Notes under the pieces: generated by a model | Database searches by the model: none | The model's input: the letters and a program-made list of their open reading frames with translations, nothing else | Told to the model about the DNA's origin: nothing | Program-made: the position numbers and the translations under genes | Part shown: one piece after another, positions 56,301-64,000 of the stretch | Layout of the letters: each line of letters starts with the position of its first letter | How positions within the stretch are numbered: position 1 is the stretch's first letter | Virus record (IMG/VR): IMGVR_UViG_3300027899_000001 | Span: 341,017 to 405,016 of that record | Strand: one strand, 5' to 3' | DNA: 64,000 nt

Positions 56301-57254
56301 CAGATACTTAATCCAGTTTCATCTCAATTATTTAATGAATATTATGTATATTCATCTAATTTAACTGGAACGTTAGATTTACGAGGACTTACGGGATTAG
56401 GTAAAGAATTTGCTGTTGGTAATAATCCAAATCTTACACAAATACTTAATCCAGATTCATCACAAGTATTTACAGGTTATGCTGCGCAGGCGTGTAATTT
56501 AACTGATACTTTAGATTTAAGAGGACTTACGGGATTGGGAGGGCGTTTCAGTATTAGTACTAATCCTAATCTTACTCAAATACTTAATCCAGATTCATCT
56601 CAAGTATTTATTACTTATATAGCATATGGTTGTAATTTAACTGGAACTTTAGATGTAACAGGACTTACAGGATTAGGTGGAGAGTTTAAAGTATATAATA
56701 ATCCAAATCTTACACAAATACTTAATCCAGATTCATCTCAAGTATTTACTGGTTATGATGTAGATGCTTGTAATCTAACTGGAACCTTAGATTTAAGAGG
56801 ACTTACAGGATTAGGTGGATACTTTGATGCTACTAATAATCCAAATCTTACTCAAATACTCAATCCCGTTTCATCTCAAACATATGAATATGGTTATTAT
56901 GCTTATGATTGTAATTTAACAGGTATTTTAGATGTTTCAGGACTTACTGGATTAGGCAGAGATTTTCAAGTTTATAACAATTCAAATCTAACATCGATAT
57001 TATTACCTACTATAAATCAAGAATTTAGTCAATTTCATGCTTACGATTGTTCTTTAGATTCATTCACAGTTAACGATGTATTTGCAAAATTTGATACTTG
57101 GTATTCTAGCAATCCGCCAACGCAAAGTTTACAAATTTATTTGAAAGGTGGAAATAATGCATCTCCAACAGACGGATCTTCTAACACAAATATCGTTCAT
57201 TTAGAATCTATATTTAGTGGAGCTGGAAAAACATTTACTTATAATATCAACTGA
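50382..57254 (+). CDS. Giant LRR-like repeat protein with PKD-like and BspA/DUF285 repeats, probable virion adhesin
   Basis: Three arrays of about 44-aa repeats CNLTGTLD..GLTGLGG.F.V.NNPNLTQILNPDSSQVF..Y.AY; WDLGD PKD-like modules; FDTSNVTNM..MF..C..FNQ repeats. Confidence 0.85.
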   Translation: MKSIILRYLGKILRFANKVFRVPHYNLVLEFVTNAGIGQTFDASIGVIPDIILKWDLGDASTVFANSVNHNYTYNGNKTVKVYSDNVNDITAIIQRVGGTSGTFITGTLDISALTNLNSLFIYEASLNKILNPVSSQVFRYYSILDSGLTGTLDVSGLTGLGGDFEVYNNPNLTQILNPDSSQVFTSYYAYDCNLTGILDISGLTGLGGDFEVYNNPNLTQILNPDSSQVFEYYFAYDCNLTRTLDLRGLIGLGGQFDVAPSPNLIEILNPDSSQLFTGYYAYDCSLNGTLDLRGLTGLGGDFQVNNNPNLTHILNPDSSQVFVGYYAYQCNLTDTLDLRGLTGLGGYFGVDNNPNLTQILNPNSSQVFYWYMAYDCDLTGTLDVSGLTGLSGDFQVNNNPNLTQIFNPTSSQIFNTYYAYDCSLNGTLDVSGLTGLCGRFHVYNNRNLTQILNPDSSQVFTRYWAYQCNLTGTLDLRGLTGLGGDFEVFDNPNLTQILNPDSSQLFTWYVACNCNLTGTLDVSSLSGLGGWYHRFDIHNNPNLTSILLPTASLEFVYFHAYDCSLDLFTVNDIFAKLNTWYSSNTPTYSLYVNLSGGKNMPPTGSYSNSDIVSLYSIFAGAGQTLEIIINQEEFITKWKTDNDGSTNSTSIGIPTTGSGYDCSIFWGDGSIGSYTGSPELITHDYGEASTYTVKISGTFPRIFFNYENDCLKLVELVNWGVGEWDSMEAAFAGCENMVATYVDVPRTSSVTNMVAMFDSCYLFNGKVDFDTSNVTNMDGILSSCYLFNQSVSKFNTLNVTNMFMMFNYCFAFNQLVSNFDTSNVTNMAAMFNSCYLFNQSVSNFDTSKVTRMDYMFAYCFAFNQLVSNFDTSNVTNMDGILSSCYLFNQSVSNFDTSKVTRMDYMFAGCYVFNQSLVNFDTSKVIDMQYMFYDASSFNQSLATFNVQDVSYMDDMLNGANAWSTPNYDSTLIAWAGETSTYTDNFESYAVDTSLAGNSRWFELDNWLSPMIRDVSSNKVISFEEDWRISGIDVSSKDIAVSFKFISTYTEETTYFMISIFGNIEYTSAGIWLVWANDGVYVYFRMFGESAAYGQLLRTIPYNNGDIVTITKNGSYVNFYCNGVIDSSFGQHSLHPEWGDKGEYIISNIDTSNGVIWIEGTENAGHSFQVDDFSIIATNLQPNVNFHAGDAMYTWGAPTVSRGILTSPPNNWTITDGGQLPIFQFVTNASTDIFDPSIGVSAGTLVWDLDDASSAVVANSLEHTYTSAGNKTVTIYAGSVSEYSSITSIEINTDNIVGVLDISSFYNLGSWFTASRNSLLTHILNPDSSQVFDIGYAAYGCDLTGTLDVSGLTGLGGYFDVDSNSNLTQILNPFSSQVFTYYYAYSCDLTGTLDLQGLTGLGGEFQVFNNSNLTSILNPDSSQIFDGYSARDCSLAGTLDLRSLTNLGGLTQWIEFEKNSNLTQILFPNSPQPIKEGLSAWNCNLTGTLDISGLTGLGGWFSVSSNPNLTQILNPVSFQIFTWYSARNCNLTGTLDLTGLTGLGGVFHADSNSNLTQILNPDSSQIFNTYFAYNCNLTGTLDVSGLTGLSGDFQVNNNPNLTQILNPDSSQVFIYYYAYNCSLSGTLDVSGLTSLGGEFDVYNNPNLIQILFPDSSQVFTDFALSSNNLTGTLDLTGLTGFCKWFYAHNNPNLIQILNPDSSQIFEIYWAHDCNLTGILDVSSLTGLGGDFKIYNNSNLTSILLPTINQEFTTFNANNCALDASAVDDILYKLDTWYSSNPPTTTLTLNLADGNNMSPTDGSSNANLIHLQSVFTSAGKTLNASINDYIFKLVTDASSRAFDPTITTSAGTLHWDLGDGYIIDSNNFSYNYTLPGNKTVKVYKGTTNGRSGITQIILDEDNLIGTLDLRGLTKLQGYFTVAYNSNLTRILNPVSSEVFTTYHAYFSNLTGTLDVSGLTGLGGYFNVGINPNLTQILNPVSSQLFNEYYVYSSNLTGTLDLRGLTGLGKEFAVGNNPNLTQILNPDSSQVFTGYAAQACNLTDTLDLRGLTGLGGRFSISTNPNLTQILNPDSSQVFITYIAYGCNLTGTLDVTGLTGLGGEFKVYNNPNLTQILNPDSSQVFTGYDVDACNLTGTLDLRGLTGLGGYFDATNNPNLTQILNPVSSQTYEYGYYAYDCNLTGILDVSGLTGLGRDFQVYNNSNLTSILLPTINQEFSQFHAYDCSLDSFTVNDVFAKFDTWYSSNPPTQSLQIYLKGGNNASPTDGSSNTNIVHLESIFSGAGKTFTYNIN

Positions 57255-57325
57255 CATCAATCAACCAAATAAAAAGAAATATATAAAATAAATTAAAGTA
57301 ATTTTTTCTATAACTTAAGTAACTT

Positions 57326-58633
57326 TCATTCAAATTGATAACACAGAATCTTACTTTTTATAGAGTCCATCTGAAAAACTTTAAAAAGAGAACTTTCTTC
57401 TAAAGAAACTCGATACTTCAGTTTCGAGTTTTTTGTGTGCTTAAACAGTTCTGTCCAGTCTTTAACTTCTTTGCCCAATTGTTTCTTCCATAGATTATTG
57501 AGTAAAGTTTTGATAGAAAATTCTGGATAAAATTGTTTATTTTTTAAAATTATGACGTTAAATCCTCTTCTTGCTATCTCAAGTGACGCATTAATTGGAT
57601 CAAAATAACTATATTGTGTATTGCCAATTATTGATGTGTACATCGGATTCACTTTAAAAACTTTCATTCCTAAGTTAGTTACACGCTTTGTCAAGTTCTT
57701 AATGAAATAGTCTCTTTTCCATAAGTTTTTAGTGAGTCTGTTAAGTATATGACTTTTATCTAAATTGGCTTTGGCGAGGTTCTTAAGATCCTCAACAAAG
57801 ACGAAACGACATTTGAATTGTTTTGCAAGTAAACTTATATGTTTAGCTGCTAATATAGTTTCATGCTTGAGCTTGTTATTAAGATATTTAAAACGTTTAC
57901 TGTCAGAACTGTTATTTTCATTTAAAATTTTATCAATTAATAACTTAAAGTCAAAACACTGAGTATGCAATATCATCTCATTCTCTTTAATAGAAATTCC
58001 TATATAATTAGGATTTAAATCAATACCCATGTAAACTTGTTGGTTTAATTCTACTTTTTCTTTGAGTTCTTCATAAGTAAAATAAACATAAGATTCATTT
58101 AGCCTTACACCTACAGTCAAATCATTAGAACTTGACATTTGTTCAATAAACTGAAGTTTTTGACGATAGTTCTTTTTCATTGGTTGAAGATCAAGACTTA
58201 AATGTTTAGTTCTATTAATTTTAAAAACAAGTTTATTTTCAGAAAGCATTCTTAGATCAAAACTTCTATTACCTCTTTGAAGTTTTTCTCCTTGAGCATT
58301 GATTGATAGTAACCGTTTCTTTTTAATTTCTTCTTTAGATATTTGGTTTTTAATTCGTTGAGCAAAAACTTTTGTACCACCAAAAATAACTTTTTTGTCT
58401 TTGTTCTTTTTCAATACTGCTAAACCTTCTAAGATTGCACATTGTGTTAACCAACAGCCTAAATCTTGAACGTTGTTAAGATTTTTAAGCTCAACTCTAA
58501 TGTTCTTTTGTGAAAACCCCTCTTTGGCTCTATTATAAGCAGATTTAACGATAGAAGAATATTGATGTCTTAAATCATTAATTATTTTAGAATTCTCTTC
58601 AGAAGTTTTATATGGAACTTTAATAGTTATCAA
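57326..58633 (-). mobile_element. tnpB: Solo TnpB-family RuvC nuclease gene (IS200/IS605 or IS607 derived)
   Basis: RuvC motifs MGIDLNP, VFVEDL, VNPMYTS...DPINASLEIARRG; opposite strand to flanking structural genes; no transposase adjacent. Confidence 0.85.
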
Positions 58634-58834
58634 TTTAAACTTGGGCTGTATCTTCTTTATTTATATATTCGTTTTCTTCTTGAAATTTAATATAATATCT
58701 TTATCTTTAGTTAATTCTTATTGGATGTATTTTTCTTTATTTACCAGATAAAACGTATGTAATGAAAATATTTTTAATAAAGAGTCTATAACGGCTCTTT
58801 TATTTTGAATAAATAAATAAAATTAATATATTTC

Positions 58835-61800
58835 ATGCAATACGTATTTAATGATCGACGTACATTTATTACTACTATAGAATTTCGAAATACGGTTCCT
58901 ATCTTAAATATAGAAAGGCTCCGTTCGTTTCGTGAAGAGGGTGTTACAGGAAATTTTACTAAAAAAGAATTTCGCTGGTCTTTTGATAACGTTTCTTGGC
59001 AGCCTTGGCAAACACTTACTCAAGCGAATTTATGTGCTATTAATTTTTTAGATCAAAATTATTTCTATCTTCATATTAAATATACTCGTGCTACTGTTAT
59101 TTCTGGAAACATAAATTCTTTTTATATTACTTATGATTCTCGACAAATAACTCCGCCATCGCCTCTTGATGCATCAATTATAGATGCAGATCTTTTACAA
59201 GGAGAAGATGGTGCTTATTATCTTAATTTACATAATCATTATGGCGGATTATCTGCGGGTACTTTGGATGTTCATAATATAGGTTCTGGTATAGGAGTAT
59301 GGAGTAATACAGTATTTGATCCTTCAATTACTAATATCTATTTAAGAAGTATTACTGGAGAAGGCGCAGCAGAAGTTAATTTACAAGGAAATAATATTGT
59401 TGTTAGTATAAATGCTTCTTTTGGCGGAGAAGTAAATGTAGGAAGAAATGAAGGATCTGGAGATGTAAGTATTTATTTAGGAAAAGAACTTTCAGATCTT
59501 CTTTTTAGAACATTTAAGGGTAGTGATCGTATTATAGTTTCTTATTTTGATCCAAGTACAATTCAACTAGATGCATCATTAGGTGATTTAGTTTCTTATT
59601 CATATATAGATGGTTCTTTATTAGAACGTGATATATCAATAGGTAACATTTATAATAATGGAGTTATCGCCGGCATATATCTCCGCGAATCTTCAATAGG
59701 AACGGGATTTACGTGGACAAATGGCTATCTTGATGTTAGTGGAGGAGGCGATGTCACTAAAGTATACGTAGACGGTTCTTTGAGTGCACGAGATATATCG
59801 ATAGCCTATATTGTAAGTAACTATATACCTAATGCTTCTTTAAGCTCAGATTTTCAGTGGATTGATGGTTCTTTGTTTATATCGACCAGTGCTCAGGGAA
59901 TTCAAGGAACACAGGGAACTTCAGGAATTCAAGGAACACAGGGAACTTCAGGAATTCAAGGAACACAGGGTATTGATGGCTCTCAAGGTGCTCAAGGAAT
60001 TCAGGGTATTCAAGGAATAGGAACACCTGGAACTCAAGGAACTCAAGGAACTCAAGGTGCTCAAGGAATTCAGGGTATTCAAGGAATAGGAACACCTGGA
60101 ACTCAAGGAACTCAAGGAACTCAAGGTGCTCAAGGAATTCAGGGTATTCAAGGAATAGGAACACCTGGAACTCAAGGAACTCAAGGAACTCAAGGAACTC
60201 AAGGTGCTCAAGGAATTCAGGGTATTCAAGGAATACAGGGTATTGATGGCTCTCAAGGTTCTCAAGGAATTCAAGGTATTCAAGGAATAGGAACACCCGG
60301 AACTCAAGGAACTCAAGGTATAATTGGAACTCAAGGTGCTCAGGGAATAATTGGTTCTCAAGGAACACAAGGTGCTCAAGGTATAACTGGAACTCAAGGA
60401 ACACAAGGTATAACTGGATCTCAAGGTACACAAGGAATTCAAGGTATTCAAGGAACTCAGGGAACTCAAGGAACACAAGGAGCGCAAGGATATCAAGGAA
60501 CTCAAGGAACACAAGGAGCGCAAGGATATCAAGGAACTCAAGGTATAACTGGATCTCAAGGAATTCAAGGTATAACTGGATCTCAGGGAACTCAAGGTGC
60601 TCAGGGAACTCAAGGTGCTCAGGGAATTCAAGGAATTCAAGGAATACAGGGAATTCAAGGAATACAGGGAACACAAGGTGCTCAAGGTATAACTGGAATA
60701 CAAGGAACACAAGGTGTTCAAGGAATACAGGGAACACAAGGTGCTCAAGGTATAACTGGAATACAAGGAACACAAGGTGTTCAAGGAATAGATGGTACTC
60801 AAGGTATTCAAGGTATTCAAGGAATAATAGGAACTGGATCTCAAGGTACACAAGGAATTCAAGGTACAATTGGAGAAACTGGCGCAGCAGGAACGGGTTT
60901 ATATAACAGAGGAAATTGGGAACCTTCAACATATTATCAAGGAGATTATACATTTTATGAAGCTTCTACTGGAAGTTCTGTAATTTCTATGTGGATTATT
61001 AATATTGATACTTCTTCATATAATTCTTTTGTAGAACCTTATATTGATTCTTCTGTTTGGATAGAATTTACAGCTCCTCAAGGTGCTCAAGGAACTCAAG
61101 GAACTCAAGGTGCTACTGGTTCTCAAGGAATACAAGGAATTTCAGGTATTCAAGGCATAGATGGATTACAAGGTGTTCAAGGAACTCAAGGAATACAAGG
61201 AATACAAGGTGCCATTGGTTCTCAAGGCATTCAAGGTCAACAAGGAATTCAAGGAACTCAGGGAATACAAGGTGCTCAAGGCATTCAAGGAACTCAGGGA
61301 ACCCAAGGAATTCAAGGAACACAGGGAACACAAGGAACTCAGGGAATACAAGGTGCTCAAGGCATTCAAGGAACTCAGGGAACCCAAGGAACTCAGGGAA
61401 CCCAAGGAATTCAAGGAACACAGGGAACACAAGGAACTCAAGGAACTCAAGGAATACAAGGAACTCAAGGAACTCAAGGAATACAAGGAACTCAGGGAAC
61501 ACAAGGAACACAAGGAACTCAAGGAACACAAGGTGCTCAAGGCATTCAAGGAACTCAAGGAACACAAGGAACTCAAGGCATTCAAGGAACTCAGGGAACA
61601 CAAGGAACTCAAGGAACGCAAGGAACTCAAGGAATTCAAGGAATAACAGGCTTGCTTAATGATGTTTCTATTAACGCAATTTATACATATGATGATAGAA
61701 GATGGATAGATATAAATCGCACAGGTTTTATAAATGAAGATTTAGTTAGTGTTGGATTTGACCCGTCAACTTATGTAGTTACTTTACAACCTGTTGGAGG

Positions 61801-64000
61801 TCCAACATGGACTTTTATGAAAGCTGGTATAGAATATACTGTAACTGGCGATGTTTCTGTTCTTGTAGGAAACCCTCCTCCTAAAGGAATAAATTATATT
61901 GTTATAGATAATATAAATGGAACATTATCTTGTTCACAAATAGGTTGGTCTTTATTAGATTCAACTCTTCCCGTATGTACACTTTTATGGGATTCTTCTA
62001 ATTCTCCAACATATCAATTTGCAGAAGAACGACATCAATCTTTAATGGATAGAAGAACTCATGCGTATCTTCATTTTACAATAGGAACAAGATTTATGAG
62101 TGGTGGAGTTCTTTCAGGACCAACAGTTGGTCCTGCGAATACAAACGTAGCAAATACATTTGGTATTAGTGTAACAAGTATTGCAGATGAAGATATGTTT
62201 GAAAATCTTCCAGCTTTAACAAGACCAGATGGAAGTTCAAATGCGTATACAATTTTTTATAGAACAAACGCATCAACATGGTCATGGATAGATTCATCAG
62301 TACCTTATTTATGGGGGGCAAATAATAGAATCTTATATGATAATGGTGTAGGAGTAATGACTGACGCTCCAAATACAAATAATAGATGGTATAATTATTA
62401 TGTTTTATTTACAAATTTATCAGGAAGAGCAAGATATAGTTTAATTTCGGGACGAAATGTCTTTACATCATTAACACTTGCACAAGCTGAAGATCCAAGA
62501 AATTTTGACATGACAGGATTTCCTATAGTAGAAAGTGTTATTGGATATCAGTTTTCTTGGCAATATGTAAATACTAATACAAATTTAGGAAAAGTTTATT
62601 TAGCAGCAACACCTGTAAAAATTAATGCTGCAACGATAACAGCAGTAGGTTCAGCTTTGGGCGCTCAGGGTGCTCAAGGAATTCAGGGAATAGATGGTGC
62701 TCAAGGTATTCAAGGTATAACTGGTATTCAAGGTGCTCAAGGAATTCAGGGAATAGATGGTGCTCAAGGTATTCAAGGTATAACTGGTATTCAGGGAACA
62801 CAAGGAATTCAAGGAACACAAGGAACTCAGGGAACACAAGGTGCTCAAGGAATTCAAGGAACACAAGGTCAACAAGGCATTCAAGGTCAACAAGGCATTC
62901 AAGGTCAACAAGGAATCCAAGGAACTCAGGGAACACAAGGTGCTCAAGGAATCCAAGGCCAACAAGGCATTCAAGGCCAACAAGGCATTCAAGGTCAACA
63001 AGGAATCCAAGGAACTCAGGGAACACAAGGAACTCAGGGAACACAAGGTGCTCAAGGCATTCAAGGTCAACAAGGAATCCAAGGAACACAAGGAACTCAG
63101 GGAACACAAGGAACTCAGGGAACACAAGGTGCTCAAGGAATCCAAGGTCAACAAGGCATTCAAGGTCAACAAGGCATTCAAGGTCAACAAGGAATCCAAG
63201 GAACACAAGGAACTCAGGGAACACAAGGAACTCAGGGAACACAAGGTGCTCAAGGCATTCAAGGAATTCAGGGAACACAAGGAACTCAAGGAACACAAGG
63301 TGCTCAAGGAATTCAAGGTCAACAAGGTATTCAAGGTCAACAAGGTATTCAAGGTCAACAAGGCATTCAAGGAACTCAGGGAACACAAGGTGCTCAAGGA
63401 ATTCAAGGAACACAAGGTCAACAAGGCATTCAAGGCATTCAAGGTCAACAAGGCATTCAAGGTCAACAAGGCATTCAAGGTCAACAAGGCATTCAAGGTC
63501 AACAAGGAATCCAAGGAACTCAGGGAACACAAGGTGCTCAAGGCATTCAAGGAACTCAGGGAACACAAGGAACTCAGGGAACTCAGGGAACACAAGGTGC
63601 TCAAGGAATTCAAAGTCAACAAGGAATCCAAGGAACTCAGGGAACTCAGGGAACACAAGGTGCTCAAGGAATTCAAGGTCAACAAGGAATTCAAGGAACT
63701 CAGGGAACTCAAGGAACACAAGGTGCTCAAGGAATTCAAGGTCAACAAGGAATTCAAGGTCAACAAGGAATCCAAGGAACTCAGGGAACACAAGGAACTC
63801 AGGGAACACAAGGTGCTCAAGGCATTCAAGGTCAACAAGGCATTCAAGGTCAACAAGGCATTCAAGGTCAACAAGGCATTCAAGGTCAACAAGGAATCCA
63901 GGGAACTCAGGGAACACAAGGTGCTCAAGGAATCCAAGGCCAACAAGGCATTCAAGGCCAACAAGGCATTCAAGGTCAACAAGGAATCCAAGGAACTCAG
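58835..64000 (+). CDS. Very large collagen-like fibre protein (over 1700 aa, runs off right edge)
   Basis: ATG 58835; N-terminus paralogous to 45674 gene (NTVPI.N...FTKKEF.WSF.N..W..W.TLTQ); G-X-Q tracts at about 59890-60880, 61080-61650 and 62660-64000 are all in the same frame as the ATG. Confidence 0.88.
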   Translation, partial: MQYVFNDRRTFITTIEFRNTVPILNIERLRSFREEGVTGNFTKKEFRWSFDNVSWQPWQTLTQANLCAINFLDQNYFYLHIKYTRATVISGNINSFYITYDSRQITPPSPLDASIIDADLLQGEDGAYYLNLHNHYGGLSAGTLDVHNIGSGIGVWSNTVFDPSITNIYLRSITGEGAAEVNLQGNNIVVSINASFGGEVNVGRNEGSGDVSIYLGKELSDLLFRTFKGSDRIIVSYFDPSTIQLDASLGDLVSYSYIDGSLLERDISIGNIYNNGVIAGIYLRESSIGTGFTWTNGYLDVSGGGDVTKVYVDGSLSARDISIAYIVSNYIPNASLSSDFQWIDGSLFISTSAQGIQGTQGTSGIQGTQGTSGIQGTQGIDGSQGAQGIQGIQGIGTPGTQGTQGTQGAQGIQGIQGIGTPGTQGTQGTQGAQGIQGIQGIGTPGTQGTQGTQGTQGAQGIQGIQGIQGIDGSQGSQGIQGIQGIGTPGTQGTQGIIGTQGAQGIIGSQGTQGAQGITGTQGTQGITGSQGTQGIQGIQGTQGTQGTQGAQGYQGTQGTQGAQGYQGTQGITGSQGIQGITGSQGTQGAQGTQGAQGIQGIQGIQGIQGIQGTQGAQGITGIQGTQGVQGIQGTQGAQGITGIQGTQGVQGIDGTQGIQGIQGIIGTGSQGTQGIQGTIGETGAAGTGLYNRGNWEPSTYYQGDYTFYEASTGSSVISMWIINIDTSSYNSFVEPYIDSSVWIEFTAPQGAQGTQGTQGATGSQGIQGISGIQGIDGLQGVQGTQGIQGIQGAIGSQGIQGQQGIQGTQGIQGAQGIQGTQGTQGIQGTQGTQGTQGIQGAQGIQGTQGTQGTQGTQGIQGTQGTQGTQGTQGIQGTQGTQGIQGTQGTQGTQGTQGTQGAQGIQGTQGTQGTQGIQGTQGTQGTQGTQGTQGIQGITGLLNDVSINAIYTYDDRRWIDINRTGFINEDLVSVGFDPSTYVVTLQPVGGPTWTFMKAGIEYTVTGDVSVLVGNPPPKGINYIVIDNINGTLSCSQIGWSLLDSTLPVCTLLWDSSNSPTYQFAEERHQSLMDRRTHAYLHFTIGTRFMSGGVLSGPTVGPANTNVANTFGISVTSIADEDMFENLPALTRPDGSSNAYTIFYRTNASTWSWIDSSVPYLWGANNRILYDNGVGVMTDAPNTNNRWYNYYVLFTNLSGRARYSLISGRNVFTSLTLAQAEDPRNFDMTGFPIVESVIGYQFSWQYVNTNTNLGKVYLAATPVKINAATITAVGSALGAQGAQGIQGIDGAQGIQGITGIQGAQGIQGIDGAQGIQGITGIQGTQGIQGTQGTQGTQGAQGIQGTQGQQGIQGQQGIQGQQGIQGTQGTQGAQGIQGQQGIQGQQGIQGQQGIQGTQGTQGTQGTQGAQGIQGQQGIQGTQGTQGTQGTQGTQGAQGIQGQQGIQGQQGIQGQQGIQGTQGTQGTQGTQGTQGAQGIQGIQGTQGTQGTQGAQGIQGQQGIQGQQGIQGQQGIQGTQGTQGAQGIQGTQGQQGIQGIQGQQGIQGQQGIQGQQGIQGQQGIQGTQGTQGAQGIQGTQGTQGTQGTQGTQGAQGIQSQQGIQGTQGTQGTQGAQGIQGQQGIQGTQGTQGTQGAQGIQGQQGIQGQQGIQGTQGTQGTQGTQGAQGIQGQQGIQGQQGIQGQQGIQGQQGIQGTQGTQGAQGIQGQQGIQGQQGIQGQQGIQGTQ

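Noticed and set aside
50382-57254. Diversity-generating retroelement target
   Set aside because: No reverse transcriptase or non-coding template repeat in the window, and differences between repeats are not evidently adenine-specific.
46209-63991. Long Leu/Ser/Glu-rich ORFs on the minus strand and in alternative plus frames within collagen tracts
   Set aside because: They are shadows of the 9-bp G-X-Q repeat, which lacks stops in other frames.
1-64000. Genome-wide TAG reassignment (genetic code 15/16)
   Set aside because: Long genes have no internal TAG, and several genes end at TAG immediately before the next feature. Ambers interrupting genes occur only at codons 3-4 of a few ORFs.
59890-64000. 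CRISPR array or non-coding satellite
   Set aside because: Repeats are 9-bp coding triplet units in one open frame with no unique spacers, and no cas genes are present.

Overview
This is an AT-rich, gene-dense segment of a large (jumbo, T4-like-module) dsDNA phage, most likely infecting a Bacteroidota host. The host inference rests on recurrent TAnnTTTG-type promoters, A-rich non-SD starts, a Bacteroidota-type PncB and an RprY-like regulator. Positions 1-42.2 kb are almost entirely minus strand. They carry an NAD+ salvage set (pncB, pncA, nadE), a broken radical SAM gene, dCMP deaminase, Ro60/TROVE, thioredoxin, 15 tRNA genes plus several tRNA-like and structured RNAs, many free-standing endonucleases, flotillin/NfeD, a papain-type protease, a lysin-like glucosaminidase, a 5'-3' exonuclease, clamp loader, Nudix, a wHTH regulator and two GT2 enzymes. 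Positions 42.4-64 kb are mostly plus strand, with giant virion-type proteins (Gly-X-Gln collagen-like fibres, a 2290-aa LRR/DUF285 protein) and a solo tnpB. Best candidate new systems: (1) an amber-gated module with a Pth2-like gene carrying TAG at codon 3, a leader peptide M-T-H-TAG-I-R-S-P, an unknown ORF and a tRNA with anticodon CUA, in a genome that otherwise uses TAG as stop; (2) a four-member family of Y-RNA-like elements, one circularly permuted and one able to act as antiterminator in front of the Ro60 operon; (3) a regulon of 11-bp-spaced GTTAA direct repeats matching a phage-encoded OmpR/PhoB-type regulator; (4) a leader-peptide attenuator ahead of the tRNA array. All calls are by eye; no database searches were run.
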